Shown here one piece after another: positions 48,777-59,279 of a stretch of DNA of 64,000 nt; the first letter of the stretch is position 1, and every line of letters begins with the position of its first letter. The DNA is from Pelagomonas calceolata (taxonomy: Eukaryota), in assembly GCA_918797485.1 (NCBI GenBank), contig CAKKNE010000006.1, forward strand, positions 1,178,001 to 1,242,000, written 5' to 3'. The notes beneath the pieces are model-generated. The model was not told the origin of the DNA and did not search any database. It worked only from the letters and a program-made list of their open reading frames with translations. A program made the translations under genes and the position numbers.

Positions 48777-49607
48777 TTACACGTCGATTCGCCAGGGCGG
48801 AAGGATCGCTCCGAACAGGTCGAAGCCGCGGAGATGGAAGCACCTCGCGCTGTATCGCTCGCTGGCCGCCAGCCGTATCCGAAATCGAGAGGAGCCGAAG
48901 GAGGCGTCGACGGGGATATTAACGGCACGTCGTAGTAAAAAAGCTGCTGTACTGCGAGCCCACGGGCTCTCGTCGCAGTAATAGAGCTCGCGCCACTCTT
49001 CCCGCTCGGCATCGAACGCCTCAAACGTCCAATCCTGAAATTTGTGAAAATAGCAGCTCCCGAATGCTAGGCGAAAGCTTCTGACTCGCAACGCAAAAGG
49101 CAGTTGATACTCCACGTAAGAGCCAGCAACGATAGAGCACTCTGTGAAAAACGACAAATCCACATCGGAAACTGAATCGACGACAGCAGACTCGAAACAT
49201 AACAGACTGTCTCTTTGAGGTCGCGAGGCGCCGCCAGCGCGCATCCGAAGCGAATTTATTTGGAGCGCCGCTGGCGGCGCCGCTGCGACCTTCCAGGCGG
49301 TACGGGTATGGGGACCAGTTGAATCAAAACGAACTTGTCTGGTGGGCCGCACGCGCGTCCCGCAGGCCGTCGCCAGGAAATGTACGACGCCGTGCCTATC
49401 GCCGCGCAACACGTAGCGATCCGAGAAACGCGTCCGCGCGAGCGCCGTCGACGTTGCGAGGGCGCGGACGTGCTTGGCGGTCGCTCCGACCGATCGACGG
49501 CATTCTGAAACAGACAGGAAGGACAGCGCCGCGCGTAGCGGGTCGTCGCCTAGGGCTGTCAAAGACTTGGGGGCATTCAGCTGAATCAGCTCGCCTGCCT
49601 TGGCCAT
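48777..49607 (-). CDS. F-box-like protein with a galactose-binding/discoidin-like C-terminal domain
   Basis: SLTALGDDPLRAALSFL; GVVHFLAT; W.FEA......W..L, FRI....., HL.GFDLFG. Confidence 0.55.
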   Translation of the reverse strand: MAKAGELIQLNAPKSLTALGDDPLRAALSFLSVSECRRSVGATAKHVRALATSTALARTRFSDRYVLRGDRHGVVHFLATACGTRVRPTRQVRFDSTGPHTRTAWKVAAAPPAALQINSLRMRAGGASRPQRDSLLCFESAVVDSVSDVDLSFFTECSIVAGSYVEYQLPFALRVRSFRLAFGSCYFHKFQDWTFEAFDAEREEWRELYYCDESPWARSTAAFLLRRAVNIPVDASFGSSRFRIRLAASERYSARCFHLRGFDLFGAILPPWRIDV

Positions 49608-49781
49608 ATCTGACCCTGGCTCTTCGCCGAGGGGTTTGGGCCGATGCGTGGGAATGCCTGGAACTCGCGCAAGGCCACACAGGTTACGATTACACTATAT
49701 ATACACACACGCGCCCCCCCGATAAAAAAAAAGCGGACCAAAACGGGTTTTTCAGGACGCATCGGATAAAATAAACACCAC

Positions 49782-52755
49782 TTACCCGCCCCCCTCCTCC
49801 GGTGAAGAAGACTTCTGCGCCCGCAGCCGCTCGATCAGCGTCGCGCGCGCGTCCAGGCCCCGCTTGACCCGCGACTCCAGGCCGCGCGCCTCGCACAGCC
49901 GCCGCAGCTCCGCCACTTTGAGAGCGGAGAACTCGTCGCGGTCGTCTTCACTCACGACCTCGACCTTGGACGCCTTCCGCGCGCTCTTGACGATGGCCGC
50001 CAAACCGGTTTTGAGGTAGTTTTGCCGCGCCTTCTCGTCCGGGAGTCGAGCCCAGTCAAAATACGGGACATGTAAGACCCGCCACCCCAGAGCGCGCAAC
50101 AAGCGGACCTTGAAATTCGTCCGCCCCGTCGGTAACCTCTTCTCATTCCGGAAGTAGTGCCGAGGGCCGTCGAATTCCACGGCGACGCGCCACCTCAAAG
50201 GCTTCAGCGCGACGTCGACGCTCAGACCGTCGGGAATCACGAACTCGTGGACGACCTCCAACCCGAGCGCTTCCAACGACTGCGCGACCTCGTCCTGGGC
50301 TCTAGATGGAGACGCGTCGGCCTCCGCTAAAGAACGCCGCAATAACCCGGTAAAGCCGGCCGGCGCGCGCGCGATGTCCGTAACGAGCCCGTCCATGTTC
50401 GTGCCGCGCCCCGAGTTTCTCGCATGCAAGACAACTTGCTGGAGCTGCCGCAGCTCCTCGATCGTGAAGCACTGGGTGGCGTCGTCGGCCGCGACCTCGA
50501 CGACCGCGTTCCAGAGCTTTCTTAGTAAAGCGCCATCGACGTGGTCGGCGCAGGCGTAGGCCCACGCTAGGTTTGAAAGCTCCTGCGGCGTGAAGCCCGC
50601 CCTCGTCAGGTCGCCGCCGCTCTTGGCGCCGAGCACGAGCGTCATCGTGGCCAGCGAGTCGAACAACTGCTTCGAGCCCTCCGCGTTCTTCGCGAAGGCC
50701 CAGGCCGTGTTCGCGATCTCCTGGGGGTTGAAGCGCGCGGCGCGGTTCTGCTTGGCGATCTCGGACGCCATCGCGTCGAAGAGCTCCGAGGACGAGAGCT
50801 CGGCGGTCGAGAATGCCCAGGCTAAATTCGAGAAGCCCTGGGGCTGGAACTCGGCCACGCGCGGCGCCGCTTCGCTCGCGACGGCGCCGAAGAGTTTCTC
50901 GTGCCGTTGGGCCTCGCCGGCGGCGGCGAACGCCCAAGCAATATTCGATAACCCTTGATCGGAGAAGCGGTCCAATCGTTTATAGGCCGCGCGCGCGATG
51001 TTGTCGAAGAGCTGCCTTTGTATTTTGGCGTCAACAAAGTCATCTCTGCTACAGGTGGCGAAGGCCCAGGCCGTGTTCGCCTATGTGTATGTAGTGAGAG
51101 TGCTTTGCATTAACGGGACACGTACCAGTTCTTGAGGTTTAAATTCGTCCGCGCGCCGCGCCGCTTCGCGCGCGACGGCATCCAATAAACGAGGCGCCCG
51201 GTGCGACGCCGTCGCGAAGGCCCAAGCCGTATTGGCTGTGTGGAAATCAAATTTTGGATGCCCCGCCATCGACGCGACGTCGTCCCCGTAACTGCATCTG
51301 CTCGATGGCGAGGTAACTAACTCACTGTTTGATTTCCACACAGCTAGGCGCCCAGGTTCTGGGCGATGAAGCGCTCGACGCGGCCCTCGGCGCTCGCCGC
51401 GATGGCGTCGAACAATTCTGGAGCCGCGATGGACGCCGTCGCGTACGCCCAGGCCTGCGCGGTTGACATGTAAGCGTTCCTTCCAACTAAATAACGTACC
51501 GTGTTGCCCAGCTCCTGGGCGTTGAACTCGTCGACGCGCTTTGACGCGGCGTCCGCGAGCTCCGAAAATAATTCCTTCCGGACGGCGGGCGTGCCGTCTC
51601 CACTTTTAGCGTAGGACCACAGACAGTTCGCGATGTTCTGCGTCTGCGCCTGCTCGGGGTCGCGCATGAGCGGCACGGCGGCTCTTGCAGCCGTATCCCA
51701 GAATTCGTCCGAGGCCTCGAAGCCGGCGGTCGCGACGGCCCAGACGGCGTTCGCCAGCTCTTGAGCTTTAAAGTCGCCGTCGGGGAAGCGCAGGATGCAC
51801 TCCTCGCTCCAGGCCTCGAACATCGTGCGCGAGGCTTCCGCGCAGGCGACGTCGTCCGGCGCGTTGGTGTTGGGTACGCCGGCGGCGCCCGTTCCGAGTC
51901 TCTTCGCGAAGGCCCAGGCGACCTGCGTGGACGCCGACGGGTGACGCTGTGACCTCCACGCCATCGACGCGACGCCAGCTCGCTCGATTCCGTGGGAAGA
52001 TCTGATTTCCGCGCAGGTCGCACGTTCGCCAATTCCTGGGCGGAGAACTGGGCCAGACGCGGCGTCGCCGACGTCGCGAGCGACGCGTACAGTCTAGGGG
52101 CGTCCAGGTCGGCCGTCGCGAAGGACCACGCAACATTGGCGAGCTCCTGGGCCTTGAAGTCGTCCGGCCGCGTCTCCGCGAGGTCGCCGATCTTCCTAAG
52201 CAAGGAAGCACAGGCAGCTTTAAGAGCTTCCTCGATATCAGAGCCCTGGACCGCCCTTCTTTCGCGAGGATTCGCGTACTTCCGGGGCTGCAACAACTTC
52301 GCGGCGCCCCAGGCCGCGTTCGCGAGCGCCCGCGCGTCCCAGCCGTCGGGGTTCGCGTCGAGCTGGTTCGACGCCGCGAGGATGAGCTCCGCCAGGTTCC
52401 GCGCGTCCTGCGAGTCCACGGCGTAGCCGCCCCGCGGCTGCTTCTTCGCGAGCCAATTTAAGGCCGTCGCGTAGTTCACCTCGCAGAAGTCCTTTTTTCT
52501 CGTATTGAAGAGCCGAAAGATGTCCTCGTGGGACCCGTCGCGGTTCGCGATCTGGCGGTTGAGCTTAATGGCCTGGGGGTTCCAGGACCGGCGCTCCGGT
52601 TCGCGTTCGGGCTCTCGTCGCTTGTGTAAACGCTTCGGGCGCTGCTGGCGCTGCTGTTGCGCGCGGAGCGCGAGCGGGACCCGCGTGCAGACCGGGTGGT
52701 AGAACGAGTCGAGCGGTGCGACCAGCAGCGCTAGGAGTAGCGCGCGGCAGCCCAT
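49782..52755 (-). CDS. Organelle-targeted helical-repeat (OPR/FASTK-like) RNA-binding protein with RAP domain; 4 introns (51923-52023, 51455-51499, 51236-51351, 51081-51125)
   Basis: Many F.AQELAN.AWAFA repeats; RAP motif GLSVDVA...VAVEFDGPRHY...K.RLLRALGWRVLHVPYFDW; SAP-like tail. Splicing joins the ORF fragments in frame. Start MGCRALLLALL. Confidence 0.85.
51081..51125 (-). other. 45-nt GT-AG intron
   Basis: GTACGT...CATAG; removal gives QELANTAWA. Confidence 0.75.
51236..51351 (-). mobile_element. Introner-like GC-AG intron with perfect 15-bp TIR, inserted antisense relative to the 9747 copy
   Basis: CTGTGTGGAAATCAA (51236-51250) / TTGATTTCCACACAG (51329-51343); removal gives QNLANTAWA; no intact TSD. 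Confidence 0.8.
51455..51499 (-). other. 45-nt in-frame GT-AG intron
   Basis: GTACGT...CGCAG; removal gives ELGNTAWAY. Confidence 0.75.
51923..52023 (-). mobile_element. 101-nt GT-AG intron, decayed introner-like
   Basis: GTGCGAC-CTGCGCGGAAATCAG...GTCGCGTCGATGGCGT...CCACGCAG; removal gives QELANVAWAFA. Confidence 0.75.
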
Positions 52756-52962
52756 GGCCAGCCGGTCTACGGGGTAGCGCTCGCGCTGGCCCGGTGACTG
52801 CAACTGCAGGCCAGAGCTAATTGCTCCAGAGGTACGGTAGCGTGCGGTTTGGTTGAGCGTACGCGAGTAGTGCGACAAGGGGTGCTTCTGAAGACTCTTA
52901 CTGCCGCGTTGGTCTGCTGCCAGAGCCACGCAGCGCCTGCAACGCGCCGGCGCCGCAGGCTG

Positions 52963-52985
52963 GCTAGCGGCATGTAAGACACTAG
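52963..52985 (+). promoter_or_regulatory. Recurrent promoter motif copy
   Basis: GCTAGCGGCATGTAAGACACTAG in a divergent gap. Confidence 0.7.
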
Positions 52986-53147
52986 CGCACCCTAACAAAA
53001 TCGTCTGCCAGGCCGCTCTGGCCATCCAACGGCCGCGCCTGGCTGTCGACCTGCGCTTTTGCACTGTCGAAGCCGTCTTGCTGCGCTGTATCGGTTTTCC
53101 CGCTTGTTTGAACACTGCGCCCCAGCGGTGCACAAGGCGCCTCCAAG

Positions 53148-53918
53148 ATGGTCGTACCGCGGGAAGTAATGGACGCTGCGGAGGCTGGCAATATCACAGT
53201 AGTGCGCGAGTGGCTCGAGAGCGGTGGCGACGCGAATGACAGGAGCCAAAACGGCAGCAATGCGCTACTCGCGGATGTTTGTGGGGCAGGCGGGCAAGGC
53301 GAGATCTCAGAGGCTCACCTCGACGTGGTGCGTCTGCTAATAGCACGCGGTGCAGACGTCAATGGTGCCGAATCGAATGGGTTCGGCCCCCTACATTGTT
53401 GTACCGTTTATCCAGAGCACAGCTGGTACGGGCCCATAATAGGGCTCATCCTAGAGGCCGGCGCCAATGTGCATGCGAAGACTGGCGATGGAGAAACTCC
53501 CTTGGGTGTGACGTTGGCCTGCTCAATTTGGAACGGAACGGACACGGCGAGTTCGTGTCTAGACGTAGTTACCAGATTGCTTCGAGCCGGGGCGGGGCTG
53601 GACGCAATCCAACGCGATAGAAGTGCTGAAGATATGCTGCGTAGCGAGGAAGCGCATAATTCCAGATTGTTCCCTGACTTCTACGTCTGCAAAACTCTCA
53701 TATCAGACTATCGAGCGGCCGGACAAACCTGGAAGGGCTACGTTCGAGCGCTACCCAAGGAGCTGCTCCGCCTCCGGTCGCTCGTCGCGCGCGGCCGCGC
53801 ACGAGAGAAAGTGCGGACGCGCACGAAGACGCCGCGCGAGATCGCGCTCCTCTTCGCGCCGGCGTTTCCGAACGAGCTCTTCTGGAAGGTCTCTGAGTAC
53901 TGGAACCCGCGCTCCTAG
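53148..53918 (+). CDS. Ankyrin-repeat protein
   Basis: AAEAGN...V..WL..GGD.N, VVRLLIARGADVN, G.GPLH, GANVHA..GETPL. Confidence 0.8.
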   Translation: MVVPREVMDAAEAGNITVVREWLESGGDANDRSQNGSNALLADVCGAGGQGEISEAHLDVVRLLIARGADVNGAESNGFGPLHCCTVYPEHSWYGPIIGLILEAGANVHAKTGDGETPLGVTLACSIWNGTDTASSCLDVVTRLLRAGAGLDAIQRDRSAEDMLRSEEAHNSRLFPDFYVCKTLISDYRAAGQTWKGYVRALPKELLRLRSLVARGRAREKVRTRTKTPREIALLFAPAFPNELFWKVSEYWNPRS

Positions 53919-53935
53919 CTGTGTAAGGTGATGTG

Positions 53936-55087
53936 TTATCTATGCGCCGGAAGGCTCCCCCGCAGCGACACCCGCTCGTGCATATCAGCCGTGGACGGGA
54001 CCCGGAAGAGGCGGTCCAGGTCCGCCGCCGAGGCGCGTTGGTTGGCGCCCATCAGTCGCGTCGCCTGCTCGTGCGACGCGCCCACGTCCAGCTCCTCGAA
54101 CATGGACTGGGCCTGGTGCCGCGACAGGTAGCCGTCCGTGCCGTATTCCGCGACGAGCTCTTTGGACGTCTTCCGCCCGCAGAGCGCCCGCGTCACGACG
54201 GCGAAGCGGTTGCCCTGCGTCCGCGTAGACGGGACGTGGTTTAATACAGGCGGTGCGAAGGGCTCGGCGATGACCGTCGGCGGCTTGGACATGTGCGGCT
54301 GCTCCGAGTCGAACATGACGAGCCGGGCGGGCTTCGGCAGGACCGGCAAAAGCAATTCCGCGTCCTCGCCGCCGCCCGAGTCGCTCAGGAACACGGTCTC
54401 GCCGCCCCAGTGGGGATGCCACCGCTCGTGGGGATACCATATTGCTGTAACACTGAATGCGTCGCCGTCGTGATTCCGGTCCTCGTGGGCCTCGTCGACG
54501 TCCGCGAAGTTCTGCGCGTAGACCGTGCAACGGGTTGCCCAGATGGGTCGTAATGGGGAACATTGATCAAAAAAGTGGGGCGCGATGGCCCGCACCGCAT
54601 CGAGCCCAGCGCCGGCGCCGCACTCCGTATAAGGTAAATCTTTCGCCATGGCGTTGCCTTCGACGGACGCGTCCGAGGCCTTCTCGCGGCTCCAGCCGGA
54701 CTCGGCGCGCGAGCCCGTCAGTTTCACGTACGTGTCGGCGACGTGCGCTCTGGCTTTCTCGCTGATGGCGCCGTCGACCACGACAATCCTCCGCCCGTCG
54801 ATGGAATGCGCCACCGAGGCCACGTCGGACTCGTGCGCGTCCGGCGGGCGCGAGGCGATCTTCCGCGCGAGCGCCGACGCGCCGTCGGCGCCGAAGACCA
54901 AGGCGAAGGGATGTGGCGCGAGGCGTGGGTATCGGCGCCGGAAGACCTGGTCGCCCGTTGTGAGTAAAAGTGTCATGAATACCGTGAGCCAGAGCAGCGT
55001 TACGAGGGCGCCGATGCCAAGTGACCACAGAATGCACGTGTCGCGGCGGCGGCGGGACCAGCGCGGGTCGCGCTCGTGGCCCTTCAT
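53936..55087 (-). CDS. Type II membrane 2OG-Fe(II) oxygenase (prolyl-hydroxylase-like) with EF-hand-like tail
   Basis: N-terminal TM; HED, W.P.WGGETVF, PKPARLVMFD...PH, R.AVV. Confidence 0.7.
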   Translation of the reverse strand: MKGHERDPRWSRRRRDTCILWSLGIGALVTLLWLTVFMTLLLTTGDQVFRRRYPRLAPHPFALVFGADGASALARKIASRPPDAHESDVASVAHSIDGRRIVVVDGAISEKARAHVADTYVKLTGSRAESGWSREKASDASVEGNAMAKDLPYTECGAGAGLDAVRAIAPHFFDQCSPLRPIWATRCTVYAQNFADVDEAHEDRNHDGDAFSVTAIWYPHERWHPHWGGETVFLSDSGGGEDAELLLPVLPKPARLVMFDSEQPHMSKPPTVIAEPFAPPVLNHVPSTRTQGNRFAVVTRALCGRKTSKELVAEYGTDGYLSRHQAQSMFEELDVGASHEQATRLMGANQRASAADLDRLFRVPSTADMHERVSLRGSLPAHR

Positions 55088-55424
55088 TGGTTATTTTTGT
55101 GCTCTCTCGCGTTCGCGTCGACGGCGTCGAGGCGTGCAATTTCGTACGCTTAATTATCGCCTCGGCGCGCGTCCAAAACAGCTTGGTGGTGCTTTTGGCT
55201 GAATTTTTGACGAGTGGTCCGACCGTCTCTAGCTTGCGAATTAAAAGTAGGCGAAGTAGATCGCTTTGATCTATATCGCCTAGCTCGTGCGCGTGTAGCG
55301 TGGGAGATAAGCATTAAGTATATATTATATAGGTACCTGGTACCATATACATAAGTACCTAGGTAGCCAAGCCGGCGCTCGTGCAGGCGCTCCGAGAGCT
55401 GCTGCCACGCCAAGCATCAGAGCA

Positions 55425-56045
55425 ATGCGTTACCAGCATTTCGTTCTCGCCTGCACACTGCTTCAGCAGGGCCAGCCATTTGCACCACCACTATGCGTCC
55501 GCAAGCAGTCAGCTGTGCTGAGAGCAAGCAGTGCAGATGACAATACGGATGAAAATGATGCCGACGAGGCCGCACGAATCGCAGAAATGCGCAAACGCAT
55601 GGAAGGCATGTTCTCGGGCGCCGAGGCGGAAGCTGCGCCGGCGACCGAGGATGCGCCCGCGCCAGCCGCCGCCCCAAAACCGCCGCGCCTCGGCCGTGGG
55701 ACGCCACGATGGACGCCGCCGAAGCGGCGCGCCGTGACGAAGGCCCAGGACGCGGAGCCATTCACGCGACGGGAGGTCCGGGGCGGCCGCGACGTCGTCC
55801 AGGAGCGACGGCGGAACGACGACAACATCCCGGGCCTCGTCAATTTTGCCAGCGACCCGCGGACGTTCGCGGCCGGCGGGGCTATCGTCGCGCTGTCGTT
55901 CGTGCTCTACGTCTACGCGTTCCTCTCGGGGGGAATCAACGACGGTACGGCGCGCTACGCCGGCGACCCCGAGACGATGGGCAGCGGGTTCGACTTCTTC
56001 GCGTCGGAACCAGACGATCGACCGGGCGAGCGCGTGTGGATTTAA
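55425..56045 (+). CDS. Hypothetical plastid-targeted membrane protein
   Basis: Signal + QPFAP presequence; C-terminal TM followed by GGI.DG..RY. Confidence 0.6.
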   Translation: MRYQHFVLACTLLQQGQPFAPPLCVRKQSAVLRASSADDNTDENDADEAARIAEMRKRMEGMFSGAEAEAAPATEDAPAPAAAPKPPRLGRGTPRWTPPKRRAVTKAQDAEPFTRREVRGGRDVVQERRRNDDNIPGLVNFASDPRTFAAGGAIVALSFVLYVYAFLSGGINDGTARYAGDPETMGSGFDFFASEPDDRPGERVWI

Positions 56046-56047
56046 GA

Positions 56048-56749
56048 TTAACTTACAACGCTCCGCGAAAACAGGTAGTGGATGTCCGGGTTCAGGCCGA
56101 GGGCCGTCCCGAACTGGCGCAGGTCCCGGTCGACCTTGACTCTCGCGAAGTTTTGGGCCTCGTAGAACGCGATGGCCGCGTCGTTGTCGTCCTCGACGTG
56201 CAGGATCACTTGCGCGAGGCCCTCGCGCTTCGCGTGCGCGTCGACGGCCTCTAACAAGGAAGACGCGACGCCCCGCCGCCTTAAAGCAGGATGCACGGCC
56301 AGCGCCGTCAAATATAGAGCGTAGTCCGGCGCGAGCGAGTGCGTGGGTAAATCGAACTCATGTCTAGAAACATCACAGACCCCCACAATCCGACAATCGT
56401 CCAGCGACTCGTCCAGCGTCGCGCCGGGCTCACTCTTAAAGAAGGACTGGAACAGTTTCATCGGCTGGCTCGTCTCGAGGCCCGGATGCCACCCATCGCC
56501 CTCTGTTTCTTCCTCGAGGCACGCCGCGTCTTCACCGGAGGCGAGTGCACAAAGTAATGTAGAGCCGCGCGCGACGCGGTCCTCCACGAGTTTGTGGACG
56601 GCCTGGGCCCGCGCGGGCGAGGCCGTCCGGCCGTCGCTCGAGAAGGCGGCTGCTCTGAAGCGCGCGACTCTTAGTAATTCGTCGGGCGCGGCTTGTCTGA
56701 CTACTATGACGGCTCCTGCGGTCGCGGCGCAGAGCAGGATGGCTCGCAT
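56048..56749 (-). CDS. GNAT-family acetyltransferase
   Basis: YLTALAVHPALRRRGVA..LL, LHV..DN.AA..FY...F. Confidence 0.8.
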   Translation of the reverse strand: MRAILLCAATAGAVIVVRQAAPDELLRVARFRAAAFSSDGRTASPARAQAVHKLVEDRVARGSTLLCALASGEDAACLEEETEGDGWHPGLETSQPMKLFQSFFKSEPGATLDESLDDCRIVGVCDVSRHEFDLPTHSLAPDYALYLTALAVHPALRRRGVASSLLEAVDAHAKREGLAQVILHVEDDNDAAIAFYEAQNFARVKVDRDLRQFGTALGLNPDIHYLFSRSVVS

Positions 56750-56957
56750 GGCTGTCGTCGGCTAGCGTATATGCTGCAGCGTGGGTGCTGCTGCTGCTGC
56801 GCTGCGCTGCTGCTGCGCTGCTACTCTAGCAGCTTAGGAGGTACCACAGATGGACTGAGCTGCAGCGCTGCTACGGAGGGTTACTGTATATCCCAGAACG
56901 ACGCCGCGTAGCTGCCAGTGCAGCTTATAGGGCGTGTGCGGGACGCGGCCCTTTAGG

Positions 56958-56980
56958 GATAGCGTTAATTGACACACTAG
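56958..56980 (+). promoter_or_regulatory. Degenerate promoter motif copy
   Basis: GATAGCGTTAATTGACACACTAG in a divergent gap. Confidence 0.45.
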
Positions 56981-57176
56981 AGCCTCGGCGCCGCGCGCAT
57001 CCACGCCGGATTACTCACCTGTGCGCTGCATTCAGTGGACGCCAGCCAGTCGTTCAATCATTATTTCACAGCAGCTTTCCATCGCCAAGGTTGCTTTAGC
57101 ATTGCGCGCGCCTGGACACGCCACTGAGAGCCCAGCATCCTTTCGGCCTCTACACGGCGCGCGGGCGTAGAGCGCA

Positions 57177-59258
57177 ATGTCGGACGCCATGTCGAGAGCG
57201 CGAGAAATCGCCGCGAAGCTACGGGGCGGCTTCAGCGACACGGGCCCGCCGCCCGAGAAGCGGCGCCGCGGCGGCTTCTCTGACGGACCCCCTGCGGGCA
57301 AGCCCCACCTCGCCGACATCGCCGCCGCCGCCGCCGCGGCGGTGCGAGAACGGCTGTCCGGCGGGCCGCCCCAGCCAAAACAATCGCAAGGCGACCACTA
57401 CGGGCCAGGACGATCTACTCACATAGCGGAACCGGCAGTAGCCTTACCTACGGCCCAGAAATTTTTATTTACGGACGAGCCGGGCATGGAGTTCGAGCTG
57501 AAGGAGTTACATGTCGCTTTGGCCTGCTCAGCGCAACCCATCACTTCTACGAAAATCTTTACGCCCGAGGACGGCCTGACGAACTACATGGGCTTGGTCC
57601 TGGGCCCCAAAGGGAGCTCCTTAAAGCAAATGCAGGAGAAGTACCGCTGCAAGATTGTGGTTAGGGGCCGGGGCATCCAGCGAGGCGGCGCGTTCGACCC
57701 CGACCCTTCGCCCGACGACGACCTGCCGATGCATGTAAGCGTGACGGGCCCGCAAGACGCGGTCCAGTTCCTGGAGAAGGAGTACCACGCCATGTTCACG
57801 AATGCTGAGAAGAGAAGAGAAGTCAAGCAGCGGCAGATGGACACGATGGTCTCCGGAGAAACGGCTGGTACGCAATTAGCTTTGAGGGACGGGGCATTAG
57901 TCGTAGCATCATCATCCGGAGACAACTGGCGCGTCATCCCGTCGGCGCCGCGGCCGGGCGAGAAGACGTATGAAGCTAGAGTACCCAATGGCATGGTAGG
58001 GTTGGTGATTGGGAGAGGTGGGGAAAACATCAAGCGGCTCAATCTGGACTTTGGCGTGCGCGTGCAAGTCGCCAAAGAAGCGGAACCGAGGAAGACCCCG
58101 GATGCCGTCGAGACGCGAAGAATCGCGATAACAGGAACGCCGGAAGGTATTGACAGGGCGAAAAAGGACCTGTCCGAGATGATCAAAACCCGAAAGGCGA
58201 ACGGCGGCTGGTCGACGGGCCCCTGCGCCAAGACGCTGGTCGTGGACAACTCCAAGATCGGTTTGATAATAGGCAAGGGTGGGTTGACCGTCAAAGGGAT
58301 CCAGGAGCGGTCCGGTGCGAATGTGGCCATCCCGTCCGAGGCCGATACAGACAACCCTCTGAAAAGGACTTTGACCATCACGGGCCAGACCGACGAGGCC
58401 GTGCGGGAGGCCTCGGTCGAGATCGAGAACATGCTGCGGAACCACGACCTCTCGAACGGCTTCGACGCGTCCGATAGTCTGTGGGGGCCGCCGACGCCGG
58501 TACCCGTGCCCGAGGGCTGTGTCGGTCTCATCATCGGGAAGGGTGGAGAAACGATTCAAAGGCTCCAGCAGGGCACGGGCGCGAAGATCCAAATTCCCAA
58601 CGACCCGCAGCCCGGTTCCGACCCGCCGATGCGCGTGATCCTCGTCGCGGGCTTGCCGCAGCAGCGCCAGAACGCCTACTACGAGATCCAACTCTTGGTG
58701 GAGCAGCACAACCAGCGGAACCCGCAGTACCTCGGAAGTAGCGCGATGGTCGACCCCTACGCCGAGTCGCAGATGCTCGCGCCGGACGCCTACTACCAGG
58801 ACTTCTGGAACTACGCGGGCTGGTACGGCGAAGAAGCGGCTCGACAAACATACGGCGCCTACGCGCCGCCGGTAGGCTCGCAGCCGCCGGCCGCGGAGCC
58901 CGCGGTGCCCGGCGTCGAGCCCGCCGCGCCGGGCGTCGCCGCGCCGGCGCCGGCCGCGGCCGCCGGCGCGCAGACTTATGGGGCTGCGCCGCTGACCTAC
59001 GCGCCGGACTACGCCGCGGCGCCGCCGGGCGTGACGCCTCCTGCAGCGCCGCCGGCGCCCGCGGCGGGCGTCATGGCAGGGTTCGTCGCCGCGACGTCGC
59101 CGGCGGCGCCCGCCGGTCGCGGCCGCGGCGTCTCGAACCTGCCGGCCTGGATGACGAACGCGGAAGCGCCTGCACCGGCAGCAGATCCCGCGGCCGACGC
59201 GCTCGCCGCGGCGCTCGCGACGCCGGGCGCGCCCGTGCCGCCGGCACCGGGTACTTAG
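57177..59258 (+). CDS. Multi-KH RNA-binding protein (one SF1/BBP-type KH plus three FUBP-type KH domains)
   Basis: NYMGLVLGPKG...KIVVRGRG...DLPMHV; three VGL.IG.GG..I..L repeats; Pro/Ala tail with GRGRG.SNLPAWM. Confidence 0.85.
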   Translation: MSDAMSRAREIAAKLRGGFSDTGPPPEKRRRGGFSDGPPAGKPHLADIAAAAAAAVRERLSGGPPQPKQSQGDHYGPGRSTHIAEPAVALPTAQKFLFTDEPGMEFELKELHVALACSAQPITSTKIFTPEDGLTNYMGLVLGPKGSSLKQMQEKYRCKIVVRGRGIQRGGAFDPDPSPDDDLPMHVSVTGPQDAVQFLEKEYHAMFTNAEKRREVKQRQMDTMVSGETAGTQLALRDGALVVASSSGDNWRVIPSAPRPGEKTYEARVPNGMVGLVIGRGGENIKRLNLDFGVRVQVAKEAEPRKTPDAVETRRIAITGTPEGIDRAKKDLSEMIKTRKANGGWSTGPCAKTLVVDNSKIGLIIGKGGLTVKGIQERSGANVAIPSEADTDNPLKRTLTITGQTDEAVREASVEIENMLRNHDLSNGFDASDSLWGPPTPVPVPEGCVGLIIGKGGETIQRLQQGTGAKIQIPNDPQPGSDPPMRVILVAGLPQQRQNAYYEIQLLVEQHNQRNPQYLGSSAMVDPYAESQMLAPDAYYQDFWNYAGWYGEEAARQTYGAYAPPVGSQPPAAEPAVPGVEPAAPGVAAPAPAAAAGAQTYGAAPLTYAPDYAAAPPGVTPPAAPPAPAAGVMAGFVAATSPAAPAGRGRGVSNLPAWMTNAEAPAPAADPAADALAAALATPGAPVPPAPGT

Positions 59259-59279
59259 GTTTAACATCACAGACACTTA

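Noticed and set aside
56775..56825. (GCT)n/(GCTGC)n low-complexity run
   Set aside because: Short microsatellite-like 5' UTR/promoter sequence; similar GCAGC-rich tracts are common in these gaps and no specific function can be supported.
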